DNA of 64,000 bases from Eledone cirrhosa (lineage: Eukaryota). The notes beneath the pieces are model-generated. The model saw only the letters and a list, made by a program, of their open reading frames with translations, was not told the origin of the DNA and did not search any database. A program made the position numbers and the translations under genes. Positions 55,433-64,000 of the stretch are shown here, in pieces (positions within the stretch are counted from its first letter, which is position 1; the number at the start of each line of letters is the position of its first letter). Where the stretch lies: assembly GCA_964016885.1 (NCBI GenBank), contig OZ024746.1:29822001-29886000 (forward strand), written 5' to 3'.

Positions 55433-55751
55433 ATGCCCGAAGTGAAACAATGGCCAAGTGCTTATTTCTTTTACATAGTTCCAATGCTAATGACTTATGC
55501 ATTCAATACTAATAAAGATGATGATTATCATCATTATGATCATCATCATGAAAAATGTTGGCGATGAGAATAATGACGATGATGACGATATTTGAGATGA
55601 TGTTAATAATAATAATTTCTTAGAAATACGATGAGACATCTTATCACCGTAGAATATGGCTTACGCTCGTATCTCAATATAGTTCATTGTAATGAAGTTC
55701 AACTGAAAATAAATGTCCTTTGAATAAAATAACTATTATTATCATTATGGT

Positions 55752-55965
55752 AATGGATTGGCAGTATTGGTAGAGTTTCGGACACCATGCTCTGCACCAT
55801 AGAGTTACGCCTCTTTATCGTCTGGGTTCAAATCCCGCCGAGGTTAACTTTACCTTTCATCCTTACAGGTTCAATAATATAAAGTACCAGTCACGCACTG
55901 GTGTCGATTTAATCGACTTTCTCCTCCCCCAAATTGCTAGCCTTGTGCCTATATAAGAAACCATA
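55752..55965 (+). mobile_element. SINE (major family)
   Basis: Head, GGTTCAAATCC B box, central domain and tail. Confidence 0.85.
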
Positions 55966-57400
55966 TATTGTTATTGTTGTTGTTTAGGCTCTAATCAGGC
56001 TTAATCAAGTAAAACATGTAATCGAAACAATTCAATCAAGACCATGGCAGTGATCGTTCTGGTAGTGATCGTTCCCAACCACTTTAAAACACTACTCTCG
56101 TTTTTATAAGAAATCTGTTGCAGCCTCCGATGTTTGGTAAAATAAATTCAATGCGTCATTATTTTAATATAACCAAATTTTAAATATGTGGGTTAGTTTT
56201 AGTTGTACAATGACAGTGCTTTCCTTTTTTACAGGAAAAAAAATCGATCAACAAAAAATGACCTAAAGCGAGAATATAAATAAAACATAAAACTTTCTCA
56301 ATTTCACTCTTGAAACCCCCTCTAGATGTTTACTAGACCGCACTTATGGGAACTGTTGGTCTAAAATATAATCTAAGTGAGGTGTTTTATAGCATTAAAA
56401 GATGATAGTTAAGGATGTGTAAATTTATGAGATGTACCATTACAGTAAAATAGTCTCACTATAAATAGTTTCTCTGAAGTCTATTTATTTTGTGAGTTCT
56501 TTATAATATAGTAATCACTATTATTTCTCTTTCGGGGTTGAGAAATGAAGTGCAATTGGGTGGTTGGACGGGCGAATTCTCAAATCGTCGGTCGGAATGA
56601 CTTACGTGATATGTCAAGCCTGAGTGTGTTCTGAGCTCAAAATTCAACCGACTTTTTGCATCAGAAAAGCGGTAAGAATTCTGCCACTAATTGCGCCCGA
56701 CAGATAGTATCAGCAATAGAACCACCAATGGAAATAATGTTTCATTTGTCTGCACTGATGGTTATATCCTTTCGTCTGCCACTAATTAAGATCGACAGTA
56801 TTAGCAATGGAAAAAAACAATGGAAATATTGTTTCTTTGGTCTGATATGATGATCAACTCCTTTCTTCTGTCACGAGTTGTGATGGAGAGACAGTATCAG
56901 CAATGGAAAGACCAATGGAAATATCGAATTCTTTGTCTAACCTAACAATCGTCTACTTTCTTTTCTTTTCAATCTTTCTATCAGACCGAACAATCGTGCT
57001 AAAGATCCCTCTCGTTAGTTCGTAATGTCTGAAAGTGTTACGGAGATACAATATTTGAACTGCAATCAATGATAACTAAACGTTGTATAATAGTGCAATA
57101 ATGACAAGGAATTCACAATAGTTTATTGTTCAATATTAATGACGTGGAACGATTGAGTGTTTCTATGATTAATCTAGTGTTTCAAGCTGGAAAATAATGT
57201 CAAGGCGCTTACTCAATATTTTATTCAATTAATCTGAGAATACACACACACACACGCGCGCACACACACACACCCATATACACACACATACAGACACACA
57301 CACACAAATACATACATATATATATATGTGTGTGTGTGTGTCTGTATATGCATACAGACACAGACACAGACACAGACACAGACACAGACACAGACACAGA

Positions 57401-57482
<82 letters not shown>

Positions 57483-57484
<2 letters not shown>

Positions 57485-58307
57485 GGGGCTCCCAAAGGAG
57501 CACTGAATGCAATGTCAACTCTGCATGTCGGTGAGCATGTCCAGCTAACCTCAGTCTCCTCTGTGTCACTTTTGAGCTGACTTTTGGGATGCTCCATACA
57601 GCTCTGAGTGTTTCATCCTCAGTGTATACTGATTAATGTTCAGAGCCATCCTCAACATTCTCGTGTAGCACCCATCCACCATCTGGGTTAGTTTCTTGGT
57701 CAGTGTCCAAGTCTCAGACCCATACAGCAGCACAGACTCCACTACAGCAATGAAGAGGCGGATTTTCAGGTCTCTACGAAGGTCCGAATTCCACACCGAT
57801 CTCAAGCTGTGGCACGCCGCCCAGGCCTTGCTCTTCCTCTCAACCACATTATCTTCCGTATTCCCAATCTTTGCTCCCAAATACAGGAAGCCCTCAACCA
57901 ATTCTAGCGGCTTCCCGCCTACATTAGTGATCCACTCTGGCTTCTCAACATTCTCTACCAGATATTTTGTTTTAGTCTCATTCATTCTCAGCCCCACACT
58001 CATCTACACAGTCTCATCCTCCTGCATCAAATCCTCTGCCTCCTTCACTGTATTTGTCACCAAAACTATGTCGTCGGCAAATTCAGCATCCGATACCTTT
58101 TTCGCCCTAACTCTCCTGCTCTGAGCCGGTGCTACAGTAAAGCCGGTGCTACACTAAACCACACTAGAAGAGGAAGACCAAGGTTAACGTATGTTGATGC
58201 CCTAAGGACTGACACTGGTCTGTTGGAGACGCGGGACATGGCAGCGATGAGGGACAGAGACCGCTGGAGAGAACTCGTCCATGTTCTCGGGAATTTTACC
58301 CGCCTTA

Positions 58308-58310
<3 letters not shown>
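57483..58310. mobile_element. RTE-type LINE with 5' inversion (minus 57483-58140, plus ~58154-58310) in (TA)n
   Basis: Minus: EFADD..GLRMNETKTKY..VESVLLYGSETWTLT..RLRLAGH..LLWEPL; plus continues HTRRGRPRLTYVD..MRDRDRWRE. Confidence 0.85.
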
Positions 58311-58345
<35 letters not shown>

Positions 58346-58347
<2 letters not shown>

Positions 58348-58508
58348 GATGGAGGTGTGGTAAGGAACCAGATGGACCATAACGCAGCAGAAAACTCAAT
58401 ACTAAGTGTAGTAGAGTGGGTAATCGGAAAATGTTAACCCCGACGGCAGAGCTCAAGCCGTTTCGACGGCTATTTATGAGCTCTGCCGTCGGGGCTAACA
58501 TTTTACTA
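58346..58508 (-). mobile_element. Hairpin-capped mini-copy of the Naiad-like pLTR
   Basis: Tail on the minus strand; imperfect palindrome 58428-58504. Confidence 0.8.
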
Positions 58509-58860
58509 TATAATATATGCAGATGTGCAACGAAAGAACTTTGTTAGACTATATATATATATGTTTGTGTCTATATTATATCTGTATTTTTGACCGTTGG
58601 TCAGTCAATGGTAAACATTGAGGACCCAATAAATTAACTGATATAAAAAATACAGAAGCGAAAACCAACCAAACAGTGAGTGTCTTCTGTTATTAATATA
58701 TATATATATATATATATAATATTAAGGATACTATTTATAGTTATTTATATTTTAAACTATAAAGAACTATAACCAGGGAAGGTCAGTAATTTATTACTAC
58801 CTTATTACCAGTAAGATAAATAGCTCAATGTAAGAACATCAGTTGTTTTACAGAGCAGTA

Positions 58861-59883
58861 ATATTGAATTCACAAGAATCAACGCTATGTTCAAAACATT
58901 TATTCGCTGACAATTGTTTCTTCCAAACCTAGGCTTGGGGGTCTTCGGAGCATTATTAATGTTTGTACAAATAATTGACCTCCTACTCAACGTATGAGAC
59001 ATACAGATACATATATATTGATGTACAGTGTGGAGTTGATGCGACATATATTATATTATATTATATTTGTACAGTAATTCAAATTAAGATTAAAATCAAA
59101 ATTTAAAAACAAGATTAAAGGCATAGGTTGGAATACATGCGACAGATAATACAGATAATAAACAAATAAACAAATCAAATAGATAGTATATGCGTTAGTC
59201 ATATATAGAGGGATGGAACAAGCAAGTCTATCATGTGTATATGAGTATTGTGTGGCAAGGTATTACATGAAATACAAGCACATTAAGTGGGTATGTAAGT
59301 GTATTATGGTGGTTGCAGTGCGAGGATATTTTCTGTATAGTTCAAATTTGTGTGTGTGCAGAAAAAGAAAGTTATAGTTTTCACATCCATCACCATTTTC
59401 ACATCCAGAAAAAGAAGTTATAGTTTTCACATCCATCACATACGTTACGATGTATTTGTATTGAATGTTTGTTGTGGTAATGGATTGTAACGTATTGTAA
59501 CTCAGTGAGAATTTAGAGCGGTTTAATATCGGGAAGTGGATATTAAAGGATAATTTAGGGGAGCTAATGCATAAGGGGAGGTAACTAGCTCATTCTAATA
59601 ATTAAATTCATTGCTCTAATAGACATAATCTTGTTTTGAAATTTTGATTTTAATCTAATTTGAATTACTGTACAAATATAGTATAATATAATATATGTCG
59701 CATCAACTCCACACTGTACATCAATATATATATATGTATCTGTATGTCTCTTACGTTGAGTAGAAGGTCAATTATTTGTACAAACATTAATAATGCTCCA
59801 AAGACTCCAAGCCTACGTTTGGAAGAAACAATTGTCAGTGAATAAATGTTTTGAACATAGCTTTGATTCTTGTGAATTCAATA
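58861..59883. mobile_element. pLTR-like element with ~260-bp inverted arms, each carrying an HHR motif
   Basis: 58861-59118 inverted at 59625-59883; minus-strand HHR 58905-58952: TGCT|CCGAAGA|C-CCCAAGC-CTAG-GTTTGGA-A|GAAA|CAATT|GTC|AGCG; the plus copy at 59794-59840 has G5A. Confidence 0.75.
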
Positions 59884-60220
59884 TATATATATATATATAT
59901 ATATATAATTCTGATATCTCAAATTAATACCATTGAACAACAACTGTATTATAGACACGCTATATATTTCTGTGGGTACTTAGTACCTGTGGGGATATTG
60001 ATATCATTTTATGTATATTCTCCCATGTGTAAAGAACAAAACGTTGTACCTAGGTGCTATTTTTAGTAGTGTGGCAAACAACACGTCTATAATATTCTCG
60101 CTTTTACTAAACGACCAGTTCACGTGTAGATCACTTTACGGCCCACTCGATCTTTCACTAGCTGGCAGTAGGTGATGTATTTGCTTGCTATGGGACTATA
60201 CGCCTTTGTAAAGGAAATAC

Positions 60221-60298
60221 CTTTCTGAAGAGCCGATCTTTCCATTGGAAATCCCCTTGATTTCCAATCTTCTTGTGAGGCGAAACCATCGGTAAAAG
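60221..60298 (+). ncRNA. Type I hammerhead ribozyme with a hairpin inserted in stem II
   Basis: CTTT|CTGAAGA|GCC..ATTGGAAATC-CCCTT-GATTTCCAAT..GGC|GAAA|CC-ATC-G|GTA^|AAAG. Confidence 0.8.
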
Positions 60299-60549
60299 CA
60301 ATATGGATAGGTAAATATTTAAATTGTATTTTAATTTATTTTAAAAGTATATTTAAAGTTTACTTGTTCAGCTCATCTCAATTTTATATACATATATATA
60401 TCTATCTTTAATCTTTATTATTCTTTGTATGTGTACGTTTATATTTACATGTAAGTAATTAATGACATTGTATACCTTTTGTGTCCATTTTTGATATTAT
60501 ATTTTGTTATATACACCTTGTGTACTTCTTGTTCTTTTATGTTGTGTTG

Positions 60550-60901
60550 TACGAACATGACAACCGCTGCAGGGTAGCCAACTGCCCCATCAACGACACA
60601 GACCCATGCCACCAGGCTTACGTCGTATACAGTCTAGAGTGCGACAAAAGCAGCAACTTCTACGTAGGTAGCACCACCAGACCACTCAACATAAGAATTA
60701 AAAAAACACCTCAATATTAACGCTTCCTCATTTAAGAAACACCTAGTTAAATGCAAAAACACCGACAAAACCATAACAGTTAGGATAGAAACTAAGGAAA
60801 GAAACCTCGGCAATCTTAGAATTAAGGAAGCACTAATTATAGACAAAACACAACCACCAATCAATAATAGACTAGAACTCAACACCCAATTTATAACTTG
60901 A
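60550..60901 (+). pseudogene. PLE GIY-YIG endonuclease fragment (frameshifted)
   Basis: CRVANCPINDTDPC..VVYSLECDKSSNFYVGSTTRPLNIRIK(E)H..NLRIKEALIIDKTQPPINNRLE. Confidence 0.8.
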
Positions 60902-61510
60902 TAGAGCATCTAGCCACATATTTACACCCCCCCCCTCCCACACACACACACACACACACGCACGCACACACACACACACACTCACACACAGACACGCTTA
61001 CACCTCCACTTATTCTCTCTCACACACACAAAGACCAGTTCTAACACGAGATAACATCTATCCCCCACATTTAGGTATAGACATATCTTCTCACACTCAC
61101 ACACACACACACACACACACATACTCACACCTTCACGCATTCTCCCACACACTTAAACAGGCATGTACAAAAAGTAAAACCATTTTAAAGGGAGACTACT
61201 CTTTATCCACCTAACCTTAACTCTTTGATATTAGAGCTAGAGCAGATACTCTATACCATTTCCTGTCAGCATGACTTGGAAAGCTATTTAGAACACTGGT
61301 TTAACCGCTTTACTTCCATCCGAAGAAGAGATATTATCTCAAAAATTAAGGACATTTAAATAAATCTAAGGTAAAAGACTAATTGTCAACAATATCTTTT
61401 GCATTTGTATTCTTTATTCTATGTCCATACCTGCATGGTTTTGGCTTTATTATACATATACAAACGTTTATACCTCATTACACAATGTTTCAAGTGAACT
61501 ATAACTTCCT

Positions 61511-61680
<170 letters not shown>

Positions 61681-61761
61681 CGTTTCTGAATTTCTCTCAT
61701 GACCCTCCCAAAGTATAACAATATATATATATATATATATATGTGTGTGTATATATATGTG

Positions 61762-61897
<136 letters not shown>

Positions 61898-62010
61898 TAG
61901 ATAGATAGATAGATATTATAGATAACGAGTAATCAGTGATGTATCAAAATACAATTTATTAACATACTACATATGTTTTGATGCATCACTGATTCCTCGT
62001 TTTCTATAAA

Positions 62011-62187
62011 AATTGTTTCTACGTTTGGCACAAGGCCAGCAATCACTCAGTGCATTACTGGTACTTTATTTTATCGACCCCGTAAGGATGAACGGCAAAG
62101 TTAACCTAGACAGGATTTGAACTCAGAATGGCAAGGGGCGTAACTCTATGCGTCAAAGCATGCCGTCCGACCCTCTACCGATACAGC
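62011..62187 (-). mobile_element. SINE (major family)
   Basis: Reverse complement of the consensus. Confidence 0.9.
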
Positions 62188-62289
62188 CTCTGCTCTGCGC
62201 CAGCATCGATTACTCAAACGGTATAACGACTACGGACGCATTTATTGCAGCCATACAACAACTATATATATATATATATATACATACAC

Positions 62290-63243
62290 TCATCTCCCCA
62301 CATCACCACCTTCTCTCTCTACCTTTCACACCTACCCATTCTCTCCCCTGTCCACCGCACCTCCGCACACAGAGACACACAGTCCACAACACATACAGAC
62401 CCTTTCTTCAGCTGTCATCCTCCTCTACTGCTATCTCTTCACCCTGCCTTGACCCTCTGACTACTTCCTGTTGCGCGCGTACTCCACATCTCTCCACTTC
62501 TGCACCACCTCAAATGGATTTCACACCACCGGCCATCGTTCCAGCTATCCACTCTATAACATGAGAAATATCCAACATCTTATCGCACACTCCAGAACTA
62601 CTTTAGGAACATACCCACGAACAAGCATTCACATTTTTTTTCGAACCACGCCACCTACATCCACACCACGTATAAACACAAACACAGACGTGGGTATCCC
62701 CACATACACACACCCAGCCTCCGGAATCCAGATCCCCCACCCCTCTGACCTCTCTCCATCCACACGCACGCACACACCGACTTACACCCCACCTCATGTA
62801 CACACTGGTTCCTCTTTACCTGAACATGGAACCTCGTTCCTCCCCCAACTCTCACATTCACATACACACACACACACACATACGTACACACATACACAAA
62901 CACCACCTTCAGCCCTCCCCGCTCGGACCCCCCACCTCCCTCTCCCAAATACACCCGCCACCACCCCTACACGCCTAACACCCTTCCACCACATGTTTAT
63001 TTTTATGTTTATTTTTATTTTTATTTGTACTTCTAAAATCGTTTTTCCTCCCTTTTCTCCCCCCCTTTTTGAAATGTTTTTCGCTCACTCCCCCACACAC
63101 CTTCGGAACTCTCTTCCTACCCACTTTTCTTCTGATGAAGTGTTTATGCCCGAAACGTCCCCACCACACTCTCAAAAGCGTGAACCTAATAAACTAATAT
63201 TTGTACTGCCTCTCTGTTTTTGTTCCTGTCTAAGATTCAACTA
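62290..63243 (+). mobile_element. Degenerate PLE 3' region/pLTR with a minimal HHR at 63132-63159
   Basis: CTGATGA-AGTGTTTATGCCC-GAAA-CGTC followed by aataaa; homologous to 52030-52270. Confidence 0.6.
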
Positions 63244-63262
63244 TATATATATATATATATAT

Positions 63263-63957
63263 ATGAAAACATGGAGAAAAAGACGATTATTAGGAAGAAA
63301 CATTTTTTTTTCCCTTTTTATTTATTTCTCTCTTTTTTTGTGGGTTAGAAAATGATTAAAACGAAATGTTTTACTTTGTGTGAAGTGCTAAGGTATTAGT
63401 TGATTTATTTATTAATTAACAATGGCATTTATTTATTTATTTATATATTTAGTAATTGTTTATTACCGGTTTCAGCATTTTTATGCATTATCAAATGATA
63501 ATAATATGTATTGCTATATTAATACATTTTGATCTGCTTATCTTCAACAAGTATGCCTGTAAATAACATTATTTTTTCTTCAGATTGACTTATTATGCTC
63601 CACATTACGTTCCTTTTGTTCTTTATTCTTTTTTCTTTTCACTTGATAAACATTGTTTGTAAATAACATTATTCTTTCTGTACCATTTCTTTAACATGTC
63701 CAACACCACCATTCTACACCAATAAATATTATTATCATTTGATAATGCATAAAAATGCTGAAACCCGTAATAGACAATTATTAAATATATAAATAAATAA
63801 ATAAATAAATGCCATTGTTAATTAATAAATAAATAAACTAATACCTTAACACTTCACACAAAGTAAAATATTTCTTTTTAATCAGTTTCTAACCCAGAAA
63901 AAAGAGAGAAAGAAATAAAAAGGGAAAAAAATATTTTTTTCTTCCTAGTAATCGTAA
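63263..63957. mobile_element. pLTR-like element with an inverted 5' copy and two U3/A8 minimal HHRs, in (TA)n
   Basis: 63284-63506 is inverted at 63727-63955; HHRs at ~63460-63500 (-, intact ACCGGTA) and ~63733-63775 (+). Confidence 0.8.
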
Positions 63958-64000
63958 AATATATATATATGATATATATATATACATATATATATATTGT

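Overview
AT-rich, microsatellite-dense eukaryotic DNA, almost all repetitive or intronic. The SINE, LINE and (TA)n content resembles an octopus/cephalopod genome (inference). No complete host gene is visible; two weak candidate exons could belong to a secreted protein. Recognisable elements: a young 5'-truncated R4/Dong-clade LINE in a (TAA)n tract, RTE and CRE LINE fragments, degenerate mariner and hAT-type DNA transposons, about 20 tRNA-derived SINEs, and Penelope-like (PLE) fragments including a Naiad-like RT/GIY-YIG. The main signal is not protein-coding. By manual folding I find about 20 type I hammerhead ribozyme (HHR) motifs from about 11 unrelated families, nearly all in short elements inserted in (TA)n tracts. 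These include a 2.8-copy tandem array of a 615-bp non-coding unit, a 561-bp partial tandem, a circularly permuted ~420-nt unit and hairpin-capped mini-elements of the Naiad-like PLE. Three unrelated families share a compensated U3-A8 core (TTGAWAA instead of CTGANGA). Together this suggests a (TA)n-targeting retrozyme/circRNA system. All RNA structures were folded by eye and are untested.
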